A stretch of 64,000 nucleotides of DNA from contig JBKBLB010000019.1 in NCBI GenBank assembly GCA_046296495.1, positions 4,312 through 68,311 of the forward strand, in the 5' to 3' direction. Shown in pieces: positions 9,881-20,139 of this stretch; position 1 is the first letter of the stretch, and each line of letters starts with the position of its first letter. The notes below the pieces were generated by a model. The model was not told the origin of the DNA, searched no databases, and saw only the letters and a program-made list of their open reading frames with translations. The translations under genes were made by a program, and so were the position numbers. Origin of the DNA: Bacteroidia bacterium (GTDB taxonomy: Bacteria > Bacteroidota > Bacteroidia > UKL13-3).

Positions 9881-11902
9881 TCAAAATTTTATCTGTTTCA
9901 AAGCATCATTAACGGTGTAAACCGGAAGGCCGCAGGCTTTATCAACACAAACATAAATAGTTGTTTTACTTTTAATTTCTTTATCGGCTAAAAGCGGAAT
10001 TTTACTTGGCTTTTTAACCCAAGCAAACAAAGCATTTGGCAAATATTGTTTAAGCAGTTCCCTGTATATTTCTTCTGAATCAATTCCTGTTACAACAACT
10101 TGATAGAATGGCTTTTCCATTAATAATATCAATTGCATCCAGTTGCTAAAACCACTTGGAAACTTTTTAATTTTGTGCTGAACCAATAACACCATATTCT
10201 GCGCCATATCATGATATTTCGATATATCAAAATAAAATCCAAGTTTATATAATGCATTAGCAAATATTGAGTTTGCAGATGGTATTACATCATCATTTAC
10301 ATCTATTTTTCTTGTAATAAGTTCTTTTTCGGTTTTGTTTTTAAAGTAAAAAAACTGCTTATCATCATCATAAAAATAACTAATACTTAGATCCATTATT
10401 TCATTTGCTTTAAACAAATAACTTTCGTTTCCGGTTGCTTCATATAATTTTATCAGTGCATCAATTACAGTTGCGTAATCTTCGGCAAACGCAGGAATAC
10501 TTTGTTTGCCATTTTTATAAATTCTATAAAGTAAATTATCAATAAAACAATTTTGCAACAAAGTATTTATGGCAGTTTCAGCAAATTCAATATACTTATT
10601 GTTTTGAAGCATCATACCGGCAACTGTGAGGCCTTTTATGGTAAGAGCGTTCCAACTGCAAATGGTTTTATCGTCAATACCCGGACGTACTCTTGTATTT
10701 CTTACTTCAATAAGTTTTTTATTACACGCTTGTATAATATTTTTTATTTCATCTATGGGTTTTCCTGTTAATTTCTCAAGTTCATCATCTGTTCTTGAAA
10801 TATATAAAATATTGCTTCCGTGTTCCCAATTACCGTAAATATCAACCGAGTAATACAAACTGTAAACTGGCTCATTATTGCCAAGTATTTGTTTTAATTC
10901 CTGCTGAGTCCATATATAAAATTTTCCTTCAACACCTTCACTATCTGCATCTAAAGCCGAATAAAAAAAGTTTTCACGGTTTGTAAGTTCAGTTTTTATA
11001 AATTCAATTGTATGTTCTGCTATTTCTTTGTATAACGGGTTGGCTGTTGCAGCAAAAGCCAAACTGTATAATTCAATTAATTGAGCATTGTCGTAAAGCA
11101 TTTTTTCAAAGTGCGGAACTTTCCAGTAACTATCGGTACTGTATCTGGCAAAACCACCACCCAACTGGTCGTATATCCCGCCCTTTGCCATAGCAGTAAG
11201 GGTTTTATTTACTGCCTCGATAAAAATTTTATCATTGGTATATTTATTGTAATGTAAAAAAAGTTGCCAGTTGTTAGGCATTGGAAATTTTGGCGACCAA
11301 TTATAACCGCCAAACTGTAAATCGAAGTTACTTTTCCAGTTTATCAATGCATCATCAACAATTTGAGCAGATATATTTGCATTTGGTTCAGCCGCAAAGA
11401 CATCTAATTTTTTTATGCCATTGCTAAGGTTAGTGGCATATTCCATGGCTTCTTCGGGTTTGGTTTGCCAAAGATTTGCCAAGGCATTCAATACTCGCTC
11501 CCATTCTGCTTTCGGAAAATATGTTCCACCATGTATGGGCCTTCCATCGGGTAGTGTTATTACATTTAGCGGCCAACCTCCCCTGCCGGTAAGCAATTGC
11601 ACCGCATCCATATAAATCTGGTCAACATCCGGTCTCTCTTCGCGGTCAACCTTTACGCAAACAAAATTTTTGTTCATAATGGCTGCTGTATCTTCTTTTT
11701 CAAAACTTTCACGCTCCATTACATGACACCAGTGGCAGGCGCTGTAACCTATGCTTACTATAATGAGTTTATTTTCTTTTCTGGCAATATTAAAAATATC
11801 GTCACTCCATTCTATCCAATTTACGGGGTTGTAAGCGTGTTGCAATAAGTATGGGCTTTGTGCAAGTACTAATGCATTGGGGGTTTTGGTTTCGGTGGTC
11901 AT
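9881..11902 (-). CDS. thioredoxin-domain protein of the YyaL/DUF255 family (thioredoxin fold plus alpha/alpha-toroid)
   Basis: SPYLLQHAYNPVNWIEW and SIGYSACHWCHVMERESF are hallmark motifs. The start is taken at ATG 11902 (MTTETK...) rather than the track's 11953, which would overlap the divergent neighbour. Confidence 0.85.
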   Translation of the reverse strand: MTTETKTPNALVLAQSPYLLQHAYNPVNWIEWSDDIFNIARKENKLIIVSIGYSACHWCHVMERESFEKEDTAAIMNKNFVCVKVDREERPDVDQIYMDAVQLLTGRGGWPLNVITLPDGRPIHGGTYFPKAEWERVLNALANLWQTKPEEAMEYATNLSNGIKKLDVFAAEPNANISAQIVDDALINWKSNFDLQFGGYNWSPKFPMPNNWQLFLHYNKYTNDKIFIEAVNKTLTAMAKGGIYDQLGGGFARYSTDSYWKVPHFEKMLYDNAQLIELYSLAFAATANPLYKEIAEHTIEFIKTELTNRENFFYSALDADSEGVEGKFYIWTQQELKQILGNNEPVYSLYYSVDIYGNWEHGSNILYISRTDDELEKLTGKPIDEIKNIIQACNKKLIEVRNTRVRPGIDDKTICSWNALTIKGLTVAGMMLQNNKYIEFAETAINTLLQNCFIDNLLYRIYKNGKQSIPAFAEDYATVIDALIKLYEATGNESYLFKANEIMDLSISYFYDDDKQFFYFKNKTEKELITRKIDVNDDVIPSANSIFANALYKLGFYFDISKYHDMAQNMVLLVQHKIKKFPSGFSNWMQLILLMEKPFYQVVVTGIDSEEIYRELLKQYLPNALFAWVKKPSKIPLLADKEIKSKTTIYVCVDKACGLPVYTVNDALKQIKF

Positions 11903-11946
11903 AATTTGGTTCAATTTTAAACTTATTTGTTTATTTGATACCAACA

Positions 11947-12684
11947 ATGTCAAAACCTTTTAAGTTTAAACAATTTAGCATTCATCAGGATAAATGTGCC
12001 ATGAAGGTAGGAACCGATAGTGTTTTATTGGGAGTTTTTGCCCATGCAAAAGATCCAAAATCTATTCTTGATATTGGCTCAGGTACGGGTTTACTTACTT
12101 TAATAATGGCACAAAAATATACCAATGCCAAAATTACAGCCGTAGAAATTGATGAAGCGGCATACCTGCAATCGCAGCAAAACATTTCCAATAGTAAATT
12201 CAGCCAACAAATAATATTATTTAACCAAAATATTTTATGCTTTAAACCTCAAAATTGTTATGATTTAATAATAACAAATCCACCTTATTACAAGCAAAAA
12301 AATAATTACAAAATTGAAGACGAACAACGAAGCAAAGCCAGACACGATAAAGATTTACCTTTTGTAGATTTAATAGATTTTGTTTTAAAAAATCTTAATA
12401 CTGAAGGTTGTTTTTGGCTTATTTTACCAACAAAAGAAGCCAATGAGTTTTTAGCATTATGTGCCAAAAAATTATTTTTAAATGAATGTGTTTCTATTAA
12501 GCCAAAGCCTACAAAACAACCAAACCGAATGATTTTATGTTTTAGTTTGGTTCAAACAAAAAAAACAGAAAAAATATTTACTGTTTACAACGAGGATGGT
12601 TCGCCAACTAATGAGTACATTGATATAACCAAAGAATTTTACCTTTGGAAAGCTTTTGATGATGAAGAAAATCTTAAATGGTAA
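11947..12684 (+). CDS. tRNA1(Val) (adenine37-N6)-methyltransferase (YfiC/TrmN6 family)
   Basis: FKFKQFSIHQDKCAMKVGTDSVLLG, SAM motif DIGSGTGLL and the NPPY catalytic motif. ATG at 11947 is preferred over the upstream alternative start. Confidence 0.8.
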   Translation: MSKPFKFKQFSIHQDKCAMKVGTDSVLLGVFAHAKDPKSILDIGSGTGLLTLIMAQKYTNAKITAVEIDEAAYLQSQQNISNSKFSQQIILFNQNILCFKPQNCYDLIITNPPYYKQKNNYKIEDEQRSKARHDKDLPFVDLIDFVLKNLNTEGCFWLILPTKEANEFLALCAKKLFLNECVSIKPKPTKQPNRMILCFSLVQTKKTEKIFTVYNEDGSPTNEYIDITKEFYLWKAFDDEENLKW

Positions 12685-12687
12685 TGC

Positions 12688-13371
12688 TTAAGCCTTTTTA
12701 AGTTTGTTTAGCCACTCCATAATGTTTATGGGCAGCAATAAACAAGTTAATGCGTAAATGGTGTCTTCAACCGGAATTGTTAATATTCTTAGTCCAATAA
12801 TTTCGTTGTTATTATACCAAACAACCGGTTCGGGGGTAACTGCACCTGTAAGCACACCGTTTACCAGCAAAAATGGAATTAAATGTATAAAATAAGCCAG
12901 CCAAAAATAGCCCATGTATGCCGGCTTTAAATAATAGTTAATAATAAGCAAAACAGCAGCAACACCACAATTTACAAGAGTGTATGTTTTATTGTTGAAC
13001 ACAATAGCTAAGATTGCCGTAATAAGAAAAAAAATGAGTGTAATTTTATGCATGCTTGAACCAAAAGGTTGTTTATTGATATAAGCCTTTAAACATGCAT
13101 ATATAAAAACACTTGCATAAGGAATTACCACAAAAAAACTCCATTCTTCTAACGGTAAATGATTGATACGATAAGGCATGGTATATATTTCACTAAAACC
13201 CCAAATGCCGGTTTTGCTAAACCAACCATCCCATAAAATAAATATTATTCCATTTACAAAAATTCCTGCAAACAAAGCAGGCCACTGTTTGTAATAGGCA
13301 ACTTTTTTATCGAAACTAAGGGCAAAAGGGCCGGCAAAGCTTCCAAGCATAAGCCATGCATACAAACTCAT
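12688..13371 (-). CDS. lycopene cyclase, fused heterodimeric type (CrtYc/CrtYd-like)
   Basis: A polytopic membrane protein with the PxE(E/D) signature in each half (LPLEEW and IPVEDT). It is the last gene of the carotenoid operon. Confidence 0.75.
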   Translation of the reverse strand: MSLYAWLMLGSFAGPFALSFDKKVAYYKQWPALFAGIFVNGIIFILWDGWFSKTGIWGFSEIYTMPYRINHLPLEEWSFFVVIPYASVFIYACLKAYINKQPFGSSMHKITLIFFLITAILAIVFNNKTYTLVNCGVAAVLLIINYYLKPAYMGYFWLAYFIHLIPFLLVNGVLTGAVTPEPVVWYNNNEIIGLRILTIPVEDTIYALTCLLLPINIMEWLNKLKKA

Positions 13372-13820
13372 TATTTTGTAAGGTTTGGATTTTTAAAATA
13401 CCTGAAGGGTACTATAAGCATACCAAAGTTTTCGCCATGTTCTTTACCTAAATGTTTATGATGAAGTTTATGTGCCCTTCTAATGGCTCTTACATAGCGA
13501 TTGTTCCAATGTGTAAATATTTTAAATCGTTGATGAATGATAATGTCGTGAACTATAAAATATGCTATTCCATAAAATGAAATACCCAAACCAATAAAAA
13601 ACCTAAAATCGTTATAAATGCTACCTGTTATAAAACAATATGCACTCGGAACGGCAAATATTAAAAAGAATGCATCGTTTTTCTCAAAAAAACCCGGTTC
13701 CACCTGATGATGGTCTTTGTGTAAATACCATAAAAAGCCATGCATTACATATTTATGGGTAAACCAAGCCATAAACTCCATAAACCAAAATGTGGTAAAT
13801 GTTATCAAAAAATTTATCAT
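13371..13820 (-). CDS. crtZ: beta-carotene hydroxylase
   Basis: His boxes HKYVMH, HKDHH, HDIIIH and HKLHHKH. The start is trimmed to ATG 13820, giving an ATGA overlap with the upstream gene. The track's 13952 start lies inside the neighbouring ORF. Confidence 0.85.
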   Translation of the reverse strand: MINFLITFTTFWFMEFMAWFTHKYVMHGFLWYLHKDHHQVEPGFFEKNDAFFLIFAVPSAYCFITGSIYNDFRFFIGLGISFYGIAYFIVHDIIIHQRFKIFTHWNNRYVRAIRRAHKLHHKHLGKEHGENFGMLIVPFRYFKNPNLTK

Positions 13821-14494
13821 ACCAGTTGACTTAAATTTATTGCAGCAAAAAACATTAATTGTATTATATAAAGCCTTAAACCCATGATATTGTTTTGCAT
13901 GATGCCGCTTTTTATCATCCAAAAACAAAAAGCAGTACCAAAACAAAACCATGCCGTAAAGTTTTGTAGCGGAATTTTATTATCCTGCCAATACCAAAAA
14001 TCAAGTTTTGGGGCAACAGGCTCAATAAAAACATCAAGTATTACCATAAATAAACCAGCAAACAAGGCTAAGGCTATTTGCGCTGCCTGTATATTTTGCA
14101 GAGGATATTTCTTTAAAACAAAATGTGCCATTTGTATGCTTGCATAACAAACCAAAATCCAGTTTAGGCCAATTATTATCGGGGTTTGCATTATCTTTAC
14201 TCCCAGAGCTTCTCCATAAGTGTAAAATCCAAAAATTCTTCCGGTAGTGGTTCCGGCCATTTCAAGCACCCATGCCGATACCCATATAAAAATCATATTT
14301 ATTATAAAATATCTGTTTACCAAAGCATGACCATAGAGCATTGAAAATACACTTAGTATAAGATTAAATGGTGTAAGTTTTGCAAACAGTTTTGGTTCAA
14401 ACACCATACCCAATAGGCCAACACCATAAAAAATAATTAGCAAAGTGGTATTTAGCTTGGTTTTATTGGTAGTTAGTTGTTTTATATTCATCAA
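13817..14494 (-). CDS. carotenoid biosynthesis membrane protein (CruF-like candidate hydratase)
   Basis: A 225-aa polytopic membrane protein, translationally coupled on both sides to carotenoid genes. The family assignment comes from memory of the 'carotenoid biosynthesis protein' family and is not verified. Confidence 0.5.
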   Translation of the reverse strand: MMNIKQLTTNKTKLNTTLLIIFYGVGLLGMVFEPKLFAKLTPFNLILSVFSMLYGHALVNRYFIINMIFIWVSAWVLEMAGTTTGRIFGFYTYGEALGVKIMQTPIIIGLNWILVCYASIQMAHFVLKKYPLQNIQAAQIALALFAGLFMVILDVFIEPVAPKLDFWYWQDNKIPLQNFTAWFCFGTAFCFWMIKSGIMQNNIMGLRLYIIQLMFFAAINLSQLV

Positions 14495-15972
14495 TAATCT
14501 TCTTTTATAAGTTGGCTTACTATTTTAGCCGAATTTAAACAAAGTGGAATACCACCTCCGGGATGTACGCTTCCTCCGCAAAAATACAAGCCTTTTATAT
14601 TGTCAGAAAAATTTTTATGCCTTAAAAATGCCGCGTACCTGTTATTGCTTGCATTTCCGTATAAAGCTCCGGCAAAACTTCCGGTTCGGCTTTCAATACT
14701 TCTTGGTTCAAGCAAATGTTCGCAAACTATTAATGGCTCTATTGGTTCGCCAAGTAAATTGCTTAGTTTATTTAAAATATTTTGCCTTGATATTTTAATT
14801 ATCTCATCCCAGTTTTGACCCGAATTGTTTGGCACATTAATCATAACAAACCAGTTTTCGCAACCTTGTGGGGCATCGCCATCAACATATTTTGAAGTAA
14901 TATTTATATATACTGTCGGGTCGGCAAAAACCTGTTTTTTATTAAAAATATAATCAAACTCTGTTTCGTAATCGGCACTAAAAAAAATGTTGTGCAAATC
15001 AAGATTATTAAACTGCTTCTTTATTCCCCAATAAAAAATTAAAGCACTCGATGATTTTTCCTGACTTATAATTTTCTCAGGTAATTGTTCATTTGGCAAT
15101 AAATTTTTGTATGTAAAGTATATATCGGCATTGCTTAAAACTGCATCAAATTCAATAAAATTATTATTTACTACTATACCAGTAATTTGCTTTTTTCCTT
15201 TTAGGTAGTTATATTTTATTTCGTTTACCTGATGTTTAAAATAAAACTTTACGCCCAAATCTTTAGCCAAATTATAAATGCTGTTTGTTATACTATACAT
15301 ACCTTTTTGCGGAATGTATGAACCAAAATAATGTTCTAAGTGAGCAATAACATGCAACAAACCGGGTGCTTTGTATGGGTTTGAACCATTGTATGTTGCA
15401 AACCTGTTAAAATACTGAACCAATTTAGGGTTATTAAATTTTTGTTTGTGTAGTTGGTTAAGTGTTTTAAAAACATGCAGTTTGTAAGCAAAAAAAATGC
15501 CTTTTAAGGTTTTAAAATTTAAGTAGTTTTTTAACTTATGCAAACTTTGCTCAATAAACAGTGGTGCAGTTAGGTTGTAATTAAATTCAGCTTGTTTTAA
15601 GAAATCAAAAAAAATATTTGGGTTATCAACATTAAGTTTTTCTTTAAGTTCGTTTGCAAAAGTTCTTTTATCGTGCCATGCTATTAAATTAGTACCATCA
15701 GCATAGTGGTAAACGCAGTTTATTTGCGTTTTTTTATAATTAAAATAATCCCTTGGATTTTTTTGAACCAATTCAAATAATTCATCAATTAAAAACGGTG
15801 TGGCAAGTAATGATGGGCCTGCATCAAACCTAAAACCATCTATATTAAATTCGCTTAGTTTACCACCCGGAAATTCATTTTTCTCGAAAACATAAACATC
15901 ATGTTTATTAGCAGCAAGCCTAACAGCACAAGCCAATCCGGCAATTCCACTTCCAACTACGGCAATTTTCAT
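14491..15972 (-). CDS. phytoene desaturase-family FAD oxidoreductase (CrtI/CrtD-like)
   Basis: KIAVVGSGIAGLACAVRL...FEKNEFPGGK dinucleotide fold and a C-terminal GGSVHPGGGIP. Its position next to a CruF-like gene favours a 3,4-desaturase (CrtD) role. Confidence 0.8.
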   Translation of the reverse strand: MKIAVVGSGIAGLACAVRLAANKHDVYVFEKNEFPGGKLSEFNIDGFRFDAGPSLLATPFLIDELFELVQKNPRDYFNYKKTQINCVYHYADGTNLIAWHDKRTFANELKEKLNVDNPNIFFDFLKQAEFNYNLTAPLFIEQSLHKLKNYLNFKTLKGIFFAYKLHVFKTLNQLHKQKFNNPKLVQYFNRFATYNGSNPYKAPGLLHVIAHLEHYFGSYIPQKGMYSITNSIYNLAKDLGVKFYFKHQVNEIKYNYLKGKKQITGIVVNNNFIEFDAVLSNADIYFTYKNLLPNEQLPEKIISQEKSSSALIFYWGIKKQFNNLDLHNIFFSADYETEFDYIFNKKQVFADPTVYINITSKYVDGDAPQGCENWFVMINVPNNSGQNWDEIIKISRQNILNKLSNLLGEPIEPLIVCEHLLEPRSIESRTGSFAGALYGNASNNRYAAFLRHKNFSDNIKGLYFCGGSVHPGGGIPLCLNSAKIVSQLIKEDY

Positions 15973-16009
15973 TTGTTTTATAACTTAACAGAACTAAATG
16001 CCGCTTGTT

Positions 16010-17149
16010 TTAATTTTCAATCCAATCAATATAGTTTTCTGATGTTATTACCTCGAACTTACTATCCGGATAACCGGTTTTCCATGCACTTGGCACTTTA
16101 ACATTTTCAGCATTTTTCCATTTCATTTCGTAGGCATAAAGCTTACCGTTTCTTTCTTCAATCCAATCTATTTCCTGTTGCTGATAGGTTCGCCAGAAAT
16201 AATTATTCGAAACCATTCCCGTATATTCCTGAAACTTTATTCTTTCGGCTAAAATGTAGTTCTCCCAAAGTTCGCCTGTATCGTTTCGCATAGTCAGTTC
16301 ATTAAAATTTGCTATCAATGCGTTGCGAATACCATTATCAAAAAAATACCATTTACTGCTTTTGGTAATTTCTTTACCTAAATTTCTACTAAAACCCTGC
16401 AATCTATATATAACAAATACCTTTGTAAGTAAATCAAGATAGCGTTCAACAGTATTTTTGCTTATTCCCAATTGTCGTCCAAGTCCATCAACCGATACTT
16501 CTTTGCCAACAGCAAATGCAATAAGTTTTAGCAAACCAAGCATTTTTACCGAATTTCTTACGCCCTCAAATTCAAGAATATCTTTTAGCAAATATGAATT
16601 TACAAGCTCTTTTAAATAAGCGGCCTTTTCGGCATTTCCTTCTATGTTTACCAATTCAGGATAATTTCCGTAAATTATTCTTTCGGCAAGCCTTGCTTTA
16701 GTTTCGGGCAATGTTTCGTGTTTAATATACTCCAAATGTGCCAAAGGATACAGATACAACGAATAAGACCGGCCGGTTAGCGGCTCTCCCAGTTTGTTAT
16801 TTAAATCAAAAACACTTGAGCCGGTTGCTATTATTTTTAATCCTTCTATACCATCAATCATTAGTTTTAGTATTGAACCAATTTGAGGGATTTTCTGTGC
16901 CTCGTCTATTATTAATATTTTACGCTTTCCCAAAAGACGTTTGTAATTTGCAATGCTTCGCCTTTCAAGAATTTCGTTTGTAGTTATATCTTCGCCATTA
17001 AGGTGTAAATATGGCTCTTTAAGCGTTTCGGTAAACTTTTTTAATAAATGGCTTTTGCCGGTTCGTCTGGCACCAAAAAGCAAAACTACTTTATTGGCTA
17101 CAAAGCGTTTTTTAAGTTTTTGCATCAATGCTCTTTCTATAAAATTCAT
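16010..17149 (-). CDS. AAA+ ATPase with a DUF4143-type C-terminal domain (second copy)
   Basis: Walker A GARRTGKSH and Walker B LIIDEAQ. Same architecture as 8705-9880, but the sequence is divergent. Confidence 0.75.
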   Translation of the reverse strand: MNFIERALMQKLKKRFVANKVVLLFGARRTGKSHLLKKFTETLKEPYLHLNGEDITTNEILERRSIANYKRLLGKRKILIIDEAQKIPQIGSILKLMIDGIEGLKIIATGSSVFDLNNKLGEPLTGRSYSLYLYPLAHLEYIKHETLPETKARLAERIIYGNYPELVNIEGNAEKAAYLKELVNSYLLKDILEFEGVRNSVKMLGLLKLIAFAVGKEVSVDGLGRQLGISKNTVERYLDLLTKVFVIYRLQGFSRNLGKEITKSSKWYFFDNGIRNALIANFNELTMRNDTGELWENYILAERIKFQEYTGMVSNNYFWRTYQQQEIDWIEERNGKLYAYEMKWKNAENVKVPSAWKTGYPDSKFEVITSENYIDWIEN

Positions 17150-17184
17150 TGATATATAATTTTTTATGATGCAAATATAATAAT

Positions 17185-17258
17185 TTCAGTCAATATACTG
17201 ACTGAATTTAATTAAATTCAGTCAGTAAACTAACTTATTTTTATAAAATTGAGTCAGT
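17185..17258. repeat. cluster of four TTCAGTCA(GT) half-sites including a 30-bp perfect palindrome
   Basis: 17197-17226 reads ACTGACTGAATTTAATTAAATTCAGTCAGT, a perfect palindrome checked base by base. An extra arm ttcagtca at 17185-17192 pairs with 17199-17206. A one-mismatch copy ttgagtcagt lies at 17249-17258. Confidence 0.85.
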
Positions 17259-17311
17259 TTGGCTCATACAGAAGATGCAGTAATTTAATTAATTTGCAGT
17301 AAATTAAAGTT

Positions 17312-18562
17312 ATGGCTGATTTATTAATAAAAAATATAAAAAACCTTTATGGCATTTATGAAAGCGGTTTAGAAAAAAAATGTGGTTTACAAATGCAAGA
17401 GTTTAAAAGCATAAACAATGCATACATATTTTGCAGCAACGGTAAAATTGTAAGCTACGGATTAATGAGTGATTTAAACTCTGATAAAGCGGCAGCAAAT
17501 TGCGATAACACCATTGATGCAAGCGAAAGACTTGTTTTACCATGCTTTGTTGATTCGCATACACACATAGTTTTTGCCCAAACCCGCGAAGAAGAATTTG
17601 TTATGCGCATAAAAGGTAAATCTTATGAAGAAATTGCAGCAGCAGGTGGTGGCATTTTAAACAGCGCTAAAAAACTTCAACAAACAAGCGAAGAACAACT
17701 TTTTGAATCTGCACTTAAAAGACTTCACGAATGTATAAATTACGGAACGGGTGCCATTGAAATAAAAAGCGGGTATGGACTAACTTTAAACGATGAGTTA
17801 AAAATGCTGAGGGTTATAGCAAAACTTAAACAAGTTAGTCCTATACCGGTAAAAGCAACTTTTTTAGGGGCACATGCTTTTCCGGCTGAGTATAAAAATA
17901 ATCGCGAGGGTTATATAAAACTAATTATTGATGAAATGCTTCCGGCTATAGCTGCCGAAAACCTTGCTGATTATATGGATGTATTTTGCGATAAAGGTTT
18001 TTTCTCTCCAAATGAAACCGATATACTGCTAGAAGCTGCTTATAAATATGGTTTGAAACCAAAAATTCACGGAAACGAACTTGGATATACAGGTGGCGTT
18101 CAAACAGCAGTAAAAAACAATGCATTAAGTGTTGACCATCTTGAATATACAGGTGACGAAGAAATAAACTGTTTAATTAACAGTAATACTATGCCGGTTG
18201 CTTTACCGGGCTGTTCATTTTTTTTGGGAATTCCTTATGCACCGTTAAGAAAGATGATTGATGCCGGATTGCCTGTTTGCCTTGCAAGCGATTATAACCC
18301 GGGTAGCACGCCAAACGGACGAATGGGCTTTGTAGTAAGCCTTGCCTGTACGCAAATGAAACTTACCCCTGAAGAAGCATTTAATGCCACAACCATTAAT
18401 GGTGCTTATGCGCTAGAGTTGAGTAATGTTTTGGGTTCAATTACAAAAGGTAAAACTGCCAATTTAATGATAACAAAACCAATAAACAGCCTTGCTTTTA
18501 TTCCTTATAATTTTGGCAGCGATGTAACAGAAAAAGTAATTATAAACGGTACGGTTTTTTAG
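17312..18562 (+). CDS. hutI: imidazolonepropionase
   Basis: [32 protein letters not shown] and ASDYNPGS are amidohydrolase/HutI motifs. Confidence 0.9.
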   Translation: MADLLIKNIKNLYGIYESGLEKKCGLQMQEFKSINNAYIFCSNGKIVSYGLMSDLNSDKAAANCDNTIDASERLVLPCFVDSHTHIVFAQTREEEFVMRIKGKSYEEIAAAGGGILNSAKKLQQTSEEQLFESALKRLHECINYGTGAIEIKSGYGLTLNDELKMLRVIAKLKQVSPIPVKATFLGAHAFPAEYKNNREGYIKLIIDEMLPAIAAENLADYMDVFCDKGFFSPNETDILLEAAYKYGLKPKIHGNELGYTGGVQTAVKNNALSVDHLEYTGDEEINCLINSNTMPVALPGCSFFLGIPYAPLRKMIDAGLPVCLASDYNPGSTPNGRMGFVVSLACTQMKLTPEEAFNATTINGAYALELSNVLGSITKGKTANLMITKPINSLAFIPYNFGSDVTEKVIINGTVF

Positions 18563-20139
18563 CCGTTCATACTCGCTAAAAACTCTTCGTTTGATTCGGA
18601 AGTTTTCATTGATTTTAAAATTAAATCCATGGCTTCTTCCGAACTCATATCGGCAATATGGTTACGCAATACCCACATACGTTGCAGGGTAGTTTTATCA
18701 AGCAGTAAATCTTCTCTGCGGGTGCTCGATGAAACAATATCAATAGCAGGGAAAATACGTTTATTGGCAAGTTTTCGGTCGAGCTGAAGTTCCATATTTC
18801 CGGTACCTTTAAACTCTTCAAAAATCACTTCATCCATTTTACTTCCGGTATCGGTAAGAGCTGTTGCAATAATGGTAAGCGAGCCACCATTTTCAATTTT
18901 ACGTGCCGCACCAAAAAAGCGTTTTGGTTTGTGTAAGGCATTTGCATCAACACCACCGCTTAAAACTTTACCCGAAGCCGGTTGAACCGTATTAAATGCA
19001 CGTGCCATACGAGTTATCGAATCGAGCAGAATTACTACATCATGTCCACACTCCACAAGTCTTTTTGCTTTTTCAAGCACAATATTTGCTAGTTTTACGT
19101 GTTTTTCGGCAGGCTCATCAAAAGTGCTGGCAACAACCTCTGCTTTAACGCTGCGTTGCATATCGGTAACTTCTTCGGGCCTTTCATCAATCAGTAAAAT
19201 CAATAAATAAACTTCGGGATGATTTTTGGCAATGGCATTGGCAATATCTTTTAGCAAAATGGTTTTACCGGTTTTTGGCTGAGCCACAATTAATCCACGC
19301 TGGCCTTTACCAATCGGAGCAATTAAATCTATAATTCTGGTTGAGTAAGTTGTTGCATTTTTAGAAAGGTTTAGTTTTTCATCTGGGAAAAGCGGGGTTA
19401 AATGTTCAAATGCTACCCTATCGCGAACTTCTTGCGGTGTGCGACCGTTTATGGATTCGATTTTTACCAGTGCAAAATATTTTTCGCCTTCTTTTGGCGG
19501 CCTTATGGTTCCTAAAACAGTATCACCAGTTTTAAGACCATGTGTTTTTATTTGAACCGGAGCAACATAAACATCATCTGGCGATGGCATGTAGTTATAA
19601 TCAGACGAGCGTAAAAATCCGTAACCATCTTGAATAACTTCCAAAACACCTTCGCTGGTTACAATTGCTTCAAGGTCAATATATGGGTTTGGTTTTTCGT
19701 AACGATCGTTCTTATTATATTTGTTTCCACCATTTGGCCTTTCTTCTACTTGTGTTTGTGTTGTTTCTGTCGCTTCAATTTCTTCTTCAACAGGCTCAGC
19801 CAAAACAGATTCTATTTCATTTTGTTCACCAGAGTCTTCGTTAAAAGATAATGGTAACTCTCCTTCAATAGGTTTTATATCAATTGCAGGAGTTTCTGTT
19901 TTTTCTGCTATAATCTTTCTTTTTCGAGTACGTTTTGGTTTTTCCTCTTGTTGACTACTTTCTTGCTCATTTTGAGCACTAAAAACAGCTTGTTCGCTAT
20001 TTTGCTGTGCTTGAACCTGCAAAACTTTTTCAATCAACTCTTTTTTGGTATAGTCTTTAGGATTGCTTATACCAATGGTTAAAGCATAATCTCTAAGCTC
20101 AGATATGAGCATGTCATTCAATGTTTGAATGTTGTGCAT
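18559..20139 (-). CDS. rho: transcription termination factor Rho with a long N-terminal insertion
   Basis: Walker [19 protein letters not shown], and C-terminal [21 protein letters not shown]. The start is taken at ATG 20139 ([10 protein letters not shown]...). Confidence 0.95.
   Translation of the reverse strand: MHNIQTLNDMLISELRDYALTIGISNPKDYTKKELIEKVLQVQAQQNSEQAVFSAQNEQESSQQEEKPKRTRKRKIIAEKTETPAIDIKPIEGELPLSFNEDSGEQNEIESVLAEPVEEEIEATETTQTQVEERPNGGNKYNKNDRYEKPNPYIDLEAIVTSEGVLEVIQDGYGFLRSSDYNYMPSPDDVYVAPVQIKTHGLKTGDTVLGTIRPPKEGEKYFALVKIESINGRTPQEVRDRVAFEHLTPLFPDEKLNLSKNATTYSTRIIDLIAPIGKGQRGLIVAQPKTGKTILLKDIANAIAKNHPEVYLLILLIDERPEEVTDMQRSVKAEVVASTFDEPAEKHVKLANIVLEKAKRLVECGHDVVILLDSITRMARAFNTVQPASGKVLSGGVDANALHKPKRFFGAARKIENGGSLTIIATALTDTGSKMDEVIFEEFKGTGNMELQLDRKLANKRIFPAIDIVSSSTRREDLLLDKTTLQRMWVLRNHIADMSSEEAMDLILKSMKTSESNEEFLASMNG

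Noticed and set aside
13821-13952. Upstream extension of crtZ in the track (start at 13952).
   Set aside because: It lies entirely within the CruF-like ORF. ATG 13820 gives an ATGA-coupled start and a typical ~150-aa CrtZ.
8705-17149. The two AAA+/DUF4143 ATPases as boundaries of a defence island or as a defence system.
   Set aside because: The genes between them are ordinary metabolic genes (YyaL, TrmN6, carotenoid operon). No nuclease, methylase or other effector partner is adjacent, and the two ATPases are too divergent to be a recent duplication. Only their palindromic upstream sites are reported.
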